DNA of 64,000 nt, taken from contig OX597827.1 in the NCBI GenBank assembly GCA_951406725.2, positions 11,346,001 through 11,410,000 on the forward strand, in the 5' to 3' direction. A model generated the notes under the pieces. It was not told the DNA's origin and searched no databases. It was given only the letters and a program-made list of their open reading frames with translations. How positions within the stretch are numbered: position 1 is the stretch's first letter; the number at the start of each line of letters is the position of its first letter. A program made the translations under genes and the position numbers. Positions 39,666-53,391 of the stretch are shown in pieces. Source of the DNA: Octopus vulgaris. Its lineage: Eukaryota.

Positions 39666-40175
39666 TTACTTTATCCAAACATATATATGCGTATATATAT
39701 GCATGTGTGAATATATATACTCACACACACACATTTATATCTTCATATATATTTTCACTGTGTGTGTGTGTGTGTGTGTGTTTGTGTGTGTGCTTGCAAG
39801 AGCAAGATCTGTGCTGGTTTTGGGTATGAGACGCGTATGAAAGATGACAGTTGGGTAAAAGATATGCCAAGTGATCCACATGGAAGAAACCTACTGAAGA
39901 GGAAGACCAAGCAAGACAGAGAAAGAAGAGGAGGTGATAGATGACCTTAGGAGACTGAATCTCACAATGACAATGACAAAGGATGCAGCGACTGTTGCGA
40001 CAGTGTTGGAGAAGACCGGTCTAACCCATGCAAGCATGGAAAATGAAGTGTAATATGATGCTGGTAGTGATGACTATGGTGCTATAGGTGTGTATGTGTG
40101 TGAAAGTGTATCTTTCTATCTATATATCTATCTGTCTGTCGATCTGTCTGTCTGTCTGTCTGTCTATCTACCTAC

Positions 40176-40233
<58 letters not shown>

Positions 40234-40252
40234 GTCTGTCTATCTATCTATT

Positions 40253-40283
<31 letters not shown>

Positions 40284-40288
40284 ATATA

Positions 40289-40321
<33 letters not shown>

Positions 40322-40378
40322 GTCTGTCTGTCTGTCTATCAATCTATCTATTTGTCTGTCTGTCTGTCTATCTATCTG

Positions 40379-40409
<31 letters not shown>

Positions 40410-40424
40410 TTATCTACACATATT

Positions 40425-40466
<42 letters not shown>

Positions 40467-40645
40467 CTCTCTCACACATTACACACACACTTTTACACTC
40501 ATACAGAGGTATATAAATGTGTATACATAAATCTATTTACATGTCTCTCTCTCTCTCCTTTCTTTCTTTTTGTATATATATATACACACATAAACACACA
40601 TACCCACACATACACATACATACGCATATATATTTATGCATACAT

Positions 40646-40676
<31 letters not shown>

Positions 40677-40730
40677 CACACACATATATATGTATATATA
40701 TACATACATACGTACACATGTTAGCTATAT
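39270..40730. repeat. (TA)n, (TCTA/TCTG)n, (CT)n and (CA)n microsatellite cluster
   Basis: Read directly from the sequence. Confidence 0.85.
39800..40065 (+). mobile_element. RTE-like LINE 3' fragment
   Basis: Translates [17 protein letters not shown]...RGRPSKT and ends tctaacccatgcaagcatggaaaatgaagtgtaatatgatg. Confidence 0.7.
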
Positions 40731-41247
40731 GACACATAGTAGCTAGATATATCATAGTTTATTGGATGACAGTTCTACATCAAGAAATTTAACAGCAGCC
40801 ACAATCTAGTATTGCAGTTCATCTATACAAGATGCCATTACAAGACTGAAAGTACATTAATATTATGAAAGAAAAACATACAAATAAATAGACAGATAGA
40901 TAGATAAATAAATAAATGAATGACTGAATAAATAAATATATAAATAAATAAAATCTCCACATATTTACTGAGTGAAAGCATTGATATATCACACTGTGGA
41001 TTTATATTTTTGTAATATTGATTGAATAGAATCCCTTTTGGAACTTTGGGAATTGACAGCCGATGTTATTGAGAGAAAAGTTTTGAAATTAAAGCAAGGC
41101 ACAAGCTCACATTGAAGAAAATATATTTCATTGTTTTTTTAGCCATGAAGAAAGGAAATTAATGACAATATTGATTTCCGAGTTTGGCACAATGCTAGAA
41201 ATTTTGTTGGGTGTGTAAAGGTATTGTTGGTTAAATCATGTCCAGTA

Positions 41248-41460
41248 CTCTCTTTTACTCTTTTACTTGTTTCAGTCATTTGACTGCGGCCATGCTGGAG
41301 CACCGCCTTTAGTCGAGCAAATCGACCCCGGGACTTATTCTTTTTGTAAGCCTAGTACTTATTCCATCGGTCTCTTTTGCCGAACCGCTAAGTGACGGGG
41401 ACGTAAACACACCAGCATCGGTTGTCAAGCAATGCTAGGGGGACAAACACAGACACACAA

Positions 41461-41501
<41 letters not shown>

Positions 41502-41660
41502 TACGACAGGCTTCTTTCAGTTTCCGTCTACCAAATCCACTCACAAGGCATTGGTCGGCCTGGGGCTATAGCAGAAGACACTTGCCCAAGATGCCACGCA
41601 GTGGACTGAACCCGGAACTATGTGGTTGGTTAGCAAGCTACTTACCACACAGCCACTCCT
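41248..41660 (-). mobile_element. SINE family A, full length
   Basis: Matches family A. Confidence 0.9.
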
Positions 41661-41802
41661 GACCCTACTATGTTTTGTAGTTGACAAATTCCAAAGCAAA
41701 TCATGCACATGCACGAAATGAAAAATATAAAATGGTGACAATTTACCCATCACACTGAGTGTGAGTCATGTTCGTATTTGTCCCCCAGCACCACTTGACA
41801 AC
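41659..41802 (-). repeat. Inverted copy of 42351-42495
   Basis: ctgaccctactatg...caccacttgacaac is the reverse complement of gttgtcaagtggtg...catagtagggtcag. Confidence 0.9.
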
Positions 41803-41986
41803 CAGTACATGACTGGTATTTTATTATAAGGCAGCTGGAAGGATGAAATGCAGAGTTGTTGATGTTTGTAAAATTTGAACTTGTTAACCAAGAAGGGTGA
41901 AATTCAAATTGACTTTGGAGGGATTACAGTTTAGAAGGTACGAGAAATAACCATCTTTTGTCTTCTGTGTGTTTCAGTCTTTAGAC

Positions 41987-42205
41987 CAGTGCTTTTCAAA
42001 CTTTTTGCTGGAGCGGAACCCCAAGGAAACATTCCACTGGCTCAAGGAACCCCTGTGCAATAATTTAATAGTTTTATGCACACATATCTGCACAGGAGAC
42101 TTAAAAATTACTGCCGATTTTAGCAGTTTTGTAACTTCTTGCGGAACCCCTGAACTGTACTGGCAGAACCCTAAGGTTCCACGGAACCCTGGTTGAAAAC
42201 CACTG
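41987..42205. mobile_element. hAT (Charlie-like) MITE
   Basis: TIRs cagtgcttttcaa / ttgaaaaccactg. Perfect 8-bp TSD ctttagac at 41979-41986 and 42206-42213. Confidence 0.9.
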
Positions 42206-42396
42206 CTTTAGACTGAAGCCAAGCTGAGACTTGAAAGGGTTTAGTCTAAACCAATTAACCCAGCACTTATTTCTAAAACTTTGATTCTTATTCTATTAGT
42301 TTCTTTTGCTGAACTGCTAAGTTACAGATGTCATAAACAAACCACCATTAGTTGTCAAGTGGTGCTGGGGGGACAAATACGAACATGACTCACACT

Positions 42397-43253
42397 CAGT
42401 GTGATGGGTAAATTGTCACCATTTTATATTTTTCCTTTCGTGCATGTGCATTGTTTGCTTTGGAATTTGTCAACTACAAAACATAGTAGGGTCAGTTGGG
42501 CACCGTCTGTGAGAAAAACAGCACCATGATGTAATTCACTCTGTCACAAATTTGAAAATGACATTCTGTGCTGCTTGGCATTAATGCCAGAAGCTCCAAT
42601 AGTAACATTTCAAAGTGTTTGGGTGTCAATCTGAGGATAAGTTCAATCTGAAGACATGTACCGAAAGTGATAAAGATCAAACATCTAGTCAACATCATGG
42701 TGTTTGGAGTGATCACTAGTGATGGCAACATTATGCCTCCATTCATCTTCCCACACGGCCCCAAACTCAACATGGAGGCCTACATCAAGTGTCTGGAGGA
42801 GGTAGTGCTGCCCCGTGTCAAGAGGGTGGTTGCTTGGAAACCCTATGTCTGGCAACTGGTCTCTGCACCATGCCACACAAGCAGAAGAACCTAGTAATGA
42901 CTGTCAAACAATTTCTGCGACCACATCACCCCTTAACATCTGGCCACTAAACTTTCCAGATGGCAAACCTCTTGATTTTTATGTTTGCGTTGCAGCTGAG
43001 CAAGAAACCAACAAAACTCCTTGTAACACCAAAGATGAACTATAACAAGGAGGCTATCCAGAAGAGTTGCAGGCAATTCTGAAATCATTTCGAGGCCATG
43101 GTTGAAGCCAATAGAGATATAATTGAATAAATTTACTCTTTGGTATTTTAAGGTATTTTAATGTAATTTTGGTAAATATATCTGTTAAAATGAGATGTCA
43201 GTGTTATTTTCATTTTTGCATAATTTGAACGACAGTTTATTCACTGCACCCTG
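42397..43253 (+). mobile_element. Tc1/mariner superfamily element (maT/DD37D-like), deleted and decayed
   Basis: Translates IMVFGVITSDGNIMPPFIF...YVWQLVSAPCHTSRRT (QDSAP.H motif) and WPLNFPDGKPLDFYV (WPPNSPDLNPLD motif). Imperfect TIRs cagtgtgatgggtaaattgtc / gacagtttattcactgcaccctg. Confidence 0.8.
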
Positions 43254-43261
43254 TTTATTTA

Positions 43262-44050
43262 TATTGGGCCATCCAATAAATAATGCAGTTCTTTCAATTC
43301 CATGAACTGAAAGTTGGAGGAGAATGGGATAAACTACCTGCATCAACTTGCTATAAAAGCAGGTAGTAATTTTACCTTGTCCTTATTCTTAGTGCAAATT
43401 TTAAAGCATGCACTTCGATTTTATAATAGGATTTTTTCAAAGCTGTAATGGAAGTTTATTGAACATACCTGGAGATTGGACAATAAGTGAAACCCTTGTA
43501 AATGGCTTCCTCACAAAATCTCTGAGTCTAATTCCACACTCTTGTGCTCTTTTGGGGTGTCACATCTCACAAATGAAACATTTGTGGACTGAATTGTGAC
43601 CGGTGATGAGAAATGGGTTGTCTATAAAAATATCAATTGCTGAAGACAGTGGGTAGGGAAAGGAGAAATACCGGCACCCCAGGCTAAAGAAGGTCTTCGC
43701 CCATGTAAGGTGTTGTTATCTGTTTGGTGGGATATAAAAGGCTTATGTCCACTTTGAACTTTTAAACCCAAACCAAATGATAACAAAGGAGATCTACTGC
43801 GAGCAGCTTGAGTGGCTTAAGTCATTGCTAGAAGGAAAACAGCTATCTTCGGTTTCAAGACATATGGTGTTCTTCCATCAGGATAATGCTTGGCTACATA
43901 CAGTGAGGATGACATTCAAAAGGCTGGAGCAGTTTGAATGAGAAACGATGCTCCATCCACCATATTCACCGGACATTGCCCCATCTGATTATAATTTATT
44001 CCACAGTTTTCAAAATAATTTGGACGGAAAAAATATGAATTCTATAGACA
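43262..44050 (+). mobile_element. Mariner element, deleted and 3'-truncated
   Basis: TIR tattgggccatccaataaataatg. Motifs IVTGDEKWVVY, VLLSVWWD, HQDNAWLH and HPPYSPDIAPSDY. Confidence 0.88.
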
Positions 44051-44366
44051 AGGAGTGGCTATGTGGTAAGTAGCTTGCTTACCAACCACATGGTTCCGGG
44101 TTCAGTCTCACTGCGTGGCACCTTGGGCAAGTGTCTTCTACTATAGCCTCAGGCTGACCAAAGCCTTGTGAGTGGATTTGGTAGACGGAAACTGAAAGAA
44201 GCCCGTCGTATATATGTATATGTATGTATGCGTGAGTGTATTTGTGTGTCTGTGTTTGTCCCCCTAGCATTGCTTGACAACCGATGCTGGTGTGTTTATG
44301 TCCCCGTTACTTAGCAGTTCGGCAAAAGAGACCGATAGAATAAGTACTGGGCTTACAAAAGAATAA
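44051..44366 (+). mobile_element. SINE family A, 3'-truncated
   Basis: Head and core present; the tail is replaced by (TG)n. Confidence 0.85.
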
Positions 44367-44454
44367 TGTGTGTGTGTGTGTGTATGTGTCTGTGTGTGTG
44401 TGTGTGTGCATGTGTGAGTGTATATGTGCATGTGTGCCTGTGTGTCTGTGTGTG

Positions 44455-45756
44455 TAATGGGTCATCCCATAAATAATACAGTTTTTTATACTTCTTTTAT
44501 ATTTCAAAATTAAGATAAAGAAAGTTCTTTTTTAATCTAAAATATACTCTCCTTCATTTTCTACAATGTTCTTCCATCTATCTGGTAGACTTTCAAGGCC
44601 CCTCTTCCAAAATTCACTTAACCTTAATGAGAAATACTCTTCCAGTACTATTTTGACCTCATCTACAGAATTCCTATTTCTTTCTTCCAAATGATTTTGA
44701 AGATTGCAGAATAAATAATAATCAGATGGGACAATGTCTGGCAAATATGGTGGGTGGAGCATCATTTCCCATTCAAACTGCTCCAGCCTTTGGAATGTCA
44801 TCCTTGCTGTATGTGGCCAGGCCTTATCCTGATGGCAGAACACCTTTCATCTTGAAACCAAAGATGGTCGTTTTTCTTCTACCACTGACTTAAGCCACTC
44901 AAGCAGCTTGCAGTAGATCTCCTTTATTAACATTTGGTTTGGGTTTAAAAGTTCAAAGTAGAATAAACTTTTCATATCCCATTAAATAAATAACAATACC
45001 TTATGCGGGTGAAGACCTTTTCAAGCTTCGGGTGCTGATATTTCTTTTTACCTGTCCACTGTCTTTGGCACTTGACATTTTTATAGAGAACCTATTTCTC
45101 ATCACCAGTCACTATTTGGTCCATAAAAGGTTCATTCATGAGACGTGACAGCAAAGAAGAGCACACATTTACTCTGTGCAGAATTAGACCCAGAAAGTTT
45201 GTGAGGAACCCATTGACCCAATTTGCTGACTTTTCTGATGGCATGCAGGTGTGAATGAATGACTGAATGACCAAATCCAAGCTTCTCTACTAGTTTCTCA
45301 ACAGTTATGATGGGATTTTGTTCCACCAGGGTTTGCAGGTTGATCTTGTCAAGCTTTACAGATCTTCCAGGATGAGACTCATCTAGGCTGTAATTTTCCG
45401 GCTCAGAATTTCTGGAACCATTGTTGGCACTGGCTTATACTTATTGTTTGATCTCCACATACTGCATTAATTGCACTTTCTCTTGCATTGTTACCTTTAT
45501 TGAACTCATATTTTGCTTTATTGAACTCATAAAGCAAAATATGCTGAATATGCTCCTTTGCCACTTCCATTATAGCTTTGAAAAAAATAACTGTTAAAAT
45601 CGAACTACACTCTTCAAAACTTGCACTAAGAATAAGGACAAGGTAAAATTACTACCTGCTTTTATAACAAGTTGATGCAGGTAGTTTTTTCCATCACACT
45701 CCAACTTTTAGTTCATGCAATTGTAAAAACCACATTATTCATGGTATGACCCAATA
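44455..45756 (-). mobile_element. Near full-length mariner, decayed, same family as 43262-44050
   Basis: Both TIRs present (tgggtcatcccataaataat / attattcatggtatgaccca). Motifs WVPHKLS, QIVTGDEK, HQDKAWPH, HPPYLPDIVPSDYYLF and RWKNIVENEGEYILD. Confidence 0.92.
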
Positions 45757-45768
45757 TATATATATATA

Positions 45769-46048
45769 TCATCATCATTATCGTTTAACGGCTGTTTTCC
45801 GCGCTAGCAGGGGTTGGACGGTTCGACCGGGGTCTGGGAAGCCAGGAGCTGCACCGGGCTCCAGTCTGATCTGGCAGTGTTTCTACAGCTGGATGCCCTT
45901 CCTAACGCCAACCACTCTGCGAGTGTAGTGGGTGCTTTTTACATGCCACTGGCACAGGTGCCAGGGAAGTCTGGCATCGGTCACAATCGGTTGGTGCTTT
46001 TAACGTGCCACCGGCACGGAAGCCAATCATGGCGGCCAAGGCCAGTCT
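45769..46048 (-). mobile_element. Family C element
   Basis: Reverse complement of 57257-57541. Confidence 0.88.
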
Positions 46049-46083
46049 ATATATATATATATACATATATATGTATGTATGTA

Positions 46084-46497
46084 TACTCTTTTACTCTTTA
46101 AATTGTTTCAGTCATTTGACTGCAGCCATGCTGGAGCACCGCCTTTAATCGAGCAACTCGACCCCGGGACTTATTCTTTGTAAGCCCAGTACTTATTCTA
46201 TCGGTCTCTTTTGCCAAACCACTAAGTGATGGGGACATAAACACACCAGCATCAGTTGTCAAGCAATGCTAGGGGGACAAATACAACCATACACGCACAC
46301 ACACATATACATATATATATATATACATATATATATACGACGGGCTTCTTTCAGTTCCCATCTACCAAATCCACTTACAAGGCTTTGGTCGGCTCGAGGC
46401 TATAGTAGAAAACACTTGCCCAAGGTGCCACACAGTGGGACTGAACACGGAACCATGTGGTTGGTAAACAAGCTAGTTACCACACAGCCACTCCTGC
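46084..46497 (-). mobile_element. SINE family A, full length
   Basis: Matches family A. Confidence 0.9.
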
Positions 46498-47301
46498 GTA
46501 TGTATGTATGTATGTGTGTATACACACACACATACATACAGATACATACACATATATGTGGTGTGAAGTTGATAAGTAAGTAAGGGTCAGTGGTCCCACA
46601 TTCCACTCTCACTCTTATATTCAGTGCAGTACAATGCAGAGTATCAAACCTCATGATAGGATAGTGTATGGAATATGAACCAGGTAACAATATTAATAAA
46701 ATACAAAAGACAAATACAGCATTTTAGACTGTATAAAACAACATACTCATGTTTTTTCGAACTACTGCCAGGATTACATAATTACTTGTTGAAATATTAT
46801 CTTGTTAATTTCTCTCTTTAGTTGCTAAATACTGAAAAATTGGATTAGCAATATTATAAAGTTTTCCAACAAGCAATTAGGAAATCTTGGCCCAAATTAG
46901 AAGAAACATAGGTATGGTTTATAGTGTATAAATTGCCACATGTTTTCTTTATTTTTTCAAAACTACAAATACTCTCACACATCCAGACATATACTTATTA
47001 CGTAACTGACAAGCATCAGTACAGTTCCCATTGACCAAATTCCACCTACAAAGCATTGGGCAACCCAAGGCTACTGTACAAAAACATTATAAGGCTGTCA
47101 CTGTACAAATTTCATACTTACATGACCATATTCATGGCTATATCTGTATTTTATATTTGTACATCAATTCTGAATCAATTTGGAATCCTGCTTCAATATA
47201 TTTTTACTTGACTTCCAGTGTTGCAAACAACATTATAATGTAAATGCATTCTTCCATTCTCTAATATTTCAAGTAACAACTTACAATTAATTCATTTATG
47301 A

Positions 47302-47718
47302 TTACTCTCTTACTCTCTTACTCTCTTACTTGTTTCAGTCATTTGACTGCGGCCATGCTGGAGCACCGCCTTTAATCGAGCAACTCGACCCCGGGACTTA
47401 TTCTTTGTAAGCCCAGTACTTATTCTATTGGTCTCTTTTTGCTGAACCACTAAGTGACGGGGACGTAAACACACCAGCATCAGTTGTCAAGCAATGCTAG
47501 GGGGACAAACACAGACACACAAACATATACACACACACTTATATATATATACGTATATATGACAGGCTTCTTTCAGTTTCCGTCTACCAAATCCACTCAC
47601 AAGGCATTGGTCAGCCCGGGGCTATAGCAGAAGACACTTGCCCAAAGTGCCACGCAGTGGGACTGAACCCGGAACCATGTGGTTGGTTAGCAAGCTACTT
47701 ACCACACAGCCACTCCTG
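47302..47718 (-). mobile_element. SINE family A, full length
   Basis: Matches family A. Confidence 0.9.
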
Positions 47719-48949
47719 TGCCTATTATTGTTAATATGCAAAAATCTTTTCATTTTATGAACTAAAACTGATATGAAACTTAGTCCAGTTTCGATTTATG
47801 ATTGCAGATATTTCACTTCAGTCACATTGCTTGAAAAATTCAATTCTTCATAATTCTCTATTTTCCTTCTGCACATCCAAGGTTTGGAACTTTCTGAAGA
47901 GTCAATAAATAATTCGCCAGGACTTAACTACTCTTCCATCAAAGCTCATATATTTTATAAAAACAAAATCGACAAACCTACATCACTTAAATAGCTGTTA
48001 TGTACAACATGTATATATTCCTCATATATCAATGTTATATAGACAGTTTTCTTTGTCATCCAAAGGAAAATATTACTACCACTATTGCCATCAAACCCTA
48101 ATAGTATCTTTAGTTTAAATAAGCCTCAAGCCTGTTTATTTATTTAATATAGTTTTTCACATACATACACACATACATACATACATAGATACATAGATAC
48201 ATACATACATATGTATATATAATTATGTTCCAGAATAAAAACTGACATGGCTCAAGTCAGTCAATTATCTCCCATTCATGAGCTCTTCAGGAATCAGTGA
48301 AACGAATCGAAATTTTCCAGTATATTAAGATGTTCCTTGATGTACAGCCAAATAATTCTTATTCAATAGCATGCTATCATGGCTGAGTAGGTAAATTCAC
48401 TTCTCAGTTAAAGCTCGTCTAATTCAATAACTCAGAAGTAATTCATAAACATAAGATAAATAGAAAAATAGCAGCCATAAGTATATTGATTATTTTGAAA
48501 AGCAAAAAAAAGAAAAAGAAAAAACAAAAACAAAAAAAGCAAAAACAAAAACAAAAAAAAACAAAATCAAACAAAAGAAGAGAAATATAAAAAATGCGAG
48601 CGAACGAATTACTATACACTTCAATTGTTTTATTCTTTCTTCAGTGGTATCACCATTCTTGGCACAACTGAGATTTAGAGCTAAGATTAACTCTTTTATT
48701 GCACTCACAGAGACTATTGGTGACATTTCCTTGCTTTCAAATACAATGCACCCAAATTGTATTCATTAATAGTCTCATAAAAAACGAAAATAAATAGAAA
48801 AAAATTTTTTTCTAAAACTTTGGAGAATTTCCTTCAGACCAAAACAATTTTCTCTGCAGAGAACTAAAAGAGGGATTTTAAGAAGATTAGAAGACATTTT
48901 TATTTATTTTATTACGCTTACTCACAAATAAGCAGACACACATACGTAG

Positions 48950-48955
48950 TATATC

Positions 48956-49007
<52 letters not shown>

Positions 49008-49182
49008 CACACACATTAATTTATATATGTATATACATGTATATTCATATACATACATATACATACATACATACATACACAGATACATACGTACATATAT
49101 ACCTATATATATGTGTATGTATATACACAGTTGTATACACACACATATCATCTATCTATCTATCTATCTATCTATCTCTCTA

Positions 49183-49242
<60 letters not shown>

Positions 49243-49243
49243 C

Positions 49244-49277
<34 letters not shown>

Positions 49278-49757
49278 ATATATACATACACATATACATA
49301 CATACATACATATATACTCATACATCATCATCGTTATGTATGTATTATATATAAGTATGTATAAATGCACATATATACACACATATATATATATATTGAA
49401 TTGTTTAATAATAAAGTGCAGCATTAAATCATGTTTTTATAGGTTTGTCTTTGTGGCTTTTGATTGTTAGAATTTCCATAATTATTTCAATTCATTCTTT
49501 GTGCATTTTTTTTATATTTTTCAGTTATCTGAACCAGATTAGATTAATGGTGTAGTAACTCAGTGCTTTGAACACTGGTATAATCAAAGTTGTTCTTAAC
49601 TTCCTTTTTCATTTATTTATTTATCTGATAATTAGGAAATAAATTTACGTTATACACTTGAGCGGGTAGCACAAGAGAAAAATATAAGTTAAAATAATTT
49701 TTTTCTTTTTATATATATTTATGTCTTTCTCTTTCTCAATCTCTCTGTGTTATATAC

Positions 49758-49816
<59 letters not shown>

Positions 49817-50019
49817 TATTTATGTATATTATATATATATATATACATACATATATTTACAAATATATATACATATATATATACAAATATATATATATAT
49901 ACACATATGTGTATATGTATATAATTATATATGTATGTATATATATATATATATATATACACATACATATATATACATATATACATACATACATACATAT
50001 ATACATATATATACATATA

Positions 50020-50057
<38 letters not shown>

Positions 50058-50100
50058 TGCTTATATACATATATGTATATGTCTATATGTGTGGGTGTAT
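48950..50100. repeat. (TA)n/(TACA)n microsatellite clusters
   Basis: Read directly from the sequence. Confidence 0.85.
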
Positions 50101-51221
50101 GTATCTTTATTTATTTATGCATGCAGTCATATACATGTTGACAGAGTCACACACGTACATACCTACATAATAAATTTATTTTAAATTAAAATTATTTTAT
50201 ATGTAACAAATATTTATAGTTTTCTTTTTTTTTTGTTTTGTTTTTGAATAGAGAATTTTAGATATATCAATTCAATGTATGTTTTTAAGTTCTCGCAAAA
50301 TATATATGAAATATAGATCAGATGAAATAATAGAGCATTTTAAATAATGTGTGTGTTTGTGTGTGTGTGTATCTGTGTGTGTGTAAGAGCATTGTTTATG
50401 TGAATATGAAAGAGCATGTGTATATGCATACATTAGTAATTTATCAAGTTTTGAAAAAATTCACAGCAATAGAATCTAAGATAAATGTGGAGACAGAGGT
50501 ATAATTTCTGAATCGAAGCAATGAGAAAAAGCACAGCACTCTTCCATTCTTTGAAAAATCTCTATTGTATATCAAATTATATATTTAATATCATATTGAG
50601 TTCTAGTTACTGACAAAGACTCTCCATTCTCGACTCATCTATTATAAAACGGCCAAGGTGTCAATATGATATGTGTGTGTCTGTGAAGGGGAATATTTTC
50701 TCCTAGTATATGTTTCCATGGGATTTTTTTGAAGCGTACAAACGGTCGGTTATTAAATGTTGATTCCTATAAGTAGGGAGATAAATGATTCAAAAGATGA
50801 GATTTTAAGGCTAAGAAGATACTTCTTCGGGTTCTTTTTATTATGATTATTATTTTGTTTCTAATTTTTTTTTTTTTTGTAGCGGAATAAAATGTCGAAA
50901 TATATATATAAGATATATAAAATATATAAGGAAGACAAAAAGAAATAAATGAGACACGGGAGAGAAGAGAAAAGAAATTTGGTAAGAATTGATTGCTTGG
51001 AGAAGAAATCAAGCAGGAATAAGGGTGGGGGGAATGTAAGACTGAGCCAAATTATTGGCATACAGAGCTAAAAAAAAATATAAGAATAGAGATAGAGGAA
51101 AAGTAAATGCTTGAGTTGAGCTGTAGAAAGGGAAAAAACGAAGAGGAAATAAAAACAGAAAAAAAAAAAATAGAAAAAAAAAACCCAGTTTTCCAAACAG
51201 AAATATAGAAGGAATTCATCT

Positions 51222-51560
<339 letters not shown>

Positions 51561-51984
51561 AAGATACATTTGTTAGATCGTTGGAGAAAATGCCTTGCAG
51601 TTATTTGTTCCAGCTCTTTGAGTTCTGATCTAATATCCTGCCGAGGTCAATTTTACCTTTATCTTTTCAAGGGTCAAATAAGATAAAAACACCAGCTAAG
51701 TATTGGGTTAGATGTAATCAACTTATCCACTGCCCCTGTTTACAATTGCTGGCTTTGTCACTTAATCAGAAACGATTATTATTACATGAGGTGCCATCTG
51801 GGTTTGTAGTTCCCACCAATTATTTTCTCTCCTACAGGATAGCAACCATCTAGTTCATCTATGGCAAGAGTCTGCTTGCTCCCTCATCCCGATCCCTCCT
51901 TTCTTTTATATTTTAATCCTTCATCTTCTCACATAAAAACCGCTCCCGTTATTCTGGATTTTGTCATTTTGCAAGCTTCGTGGT

Positions 51985-52290
51985 GATTTCACCAGTGCCG
52001 GTGGCTCAAAAATATGCTCGTGATACATGCTGTAAAGTGGTTATGGTTAGGATTAGGAAGAGCATCCAGCTGTAGAAATCACGACAATGTAGACATTAGA
52101 GCATGATGCAGTCCTTCAACTCATAGGATCCCATTCAACCATTCATCCCATGCCAGCATGGAACATGGCAGCTGAATGATGGTGATGATGATGACGACGA
52201 TGACAATGATGACAATGACAATAATGATGACAGTGATGGTGGTGGTGATGATAACGATGATGATTGTGTTGGTGATGATGACAACAGTAG
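51985..52290 (+). mobile_element. Old family C copy with an expanded (GAT)n tail
   Basis: aggaagagcatccagctgtagaaa...cccatgccagcatggaa...(gat)n. Confidence 0.65.
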
Positions 52291-52546
52291 TGGCAACACG
52301 ATGAAAACTATGATGTAAACACTGTCACCGCTACTAGTAACCATAACCAATAACATGGATGTCCATAAAACATAGGCATCATTTACAAGCATGTATGGCT
52401 TGTTGATAAGAACTATACAAGCATTTATTTGGCTAAAAGACTTAAGTGCCAATTTAGTTGTGAGCAGACATTGACAACAATTTAGCTCATCCACCCACAG
52501 CCCAACAGAATGTCAAGGATGTGATAGCTAGAGGATATATATATAG

Positions 52547-52577
<31 letters not shown>

Positions 52578-52584
52578 CAGAGAC

Positions 52585-52671
<87 letters not shown>

Positions 52672-52841
52672 AATAGATGAGTGTATTTTTACCTTGTTAA
52701 CAATTAACACGGAAAAATAAATAAATAGTTACCAGGGCAGCAAAAATCTCACAAGTAAAGGTGAAACATGTGTCGAAAGTAAAAATATTTGATTACACCT
52801 GCGTTAACTCCATTTTTTATTCATATATATATATATATATA

Positions 52842-53148
52842 TATAATCAAAGTAAGCAACAAGAATATCTTCGGTAATTTGGTATGACGTTTACGCTACA
52901 TCGTTTTATTAAACATTGTAAGTACATTAGTTTTAAAATGTTGAGCAATCATCAGCCATTCATAGAGGTTTTCCATCAATACATATACTTATTTCCATGT
53001 TAATTGATAACATTATAGGGTAGATATACAGACAGAGTTGTTGATTTGAATGTTAAGAACATTAAGGTGTTAGAATTTATATAATAAAATGATGTAGTGT
53101 GAAACGATCATACCAAATTAGTTATTCTTGTTGCTTACTTTGATTATA
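52842..53148. mobile_element. Element with terminal inverted arms of about 70 bp (MITE or inverted PLE pLTR)
   Basis: tataatcaaagtaagcaacaagaata...ttttatta (52842-52911) is inverted at 53082-53148. Confidence 0.6.
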
Positions 53149-53258
53149 ATCACCCCATGGATTTATATGGATATACAAAATATGATAATACCATATTCAT
53201 TTGAATCTATTTTGCCGAACTTATATATATATAGATATATATATAGACAGACAGACAG

Positions 53259-53311
<53 letters not shown>

Positions 53312-53360
53312 TAGATAGATAGATATATATATATGTGTATAGATAGATAGATAGATATGT

Positions 53361-53391
<31 letters not shown>

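Noticed and set aside
50640-50830. TATA-like tataaaa in a unique island
   Set aside because: No downstream exon or other promoter evidence.
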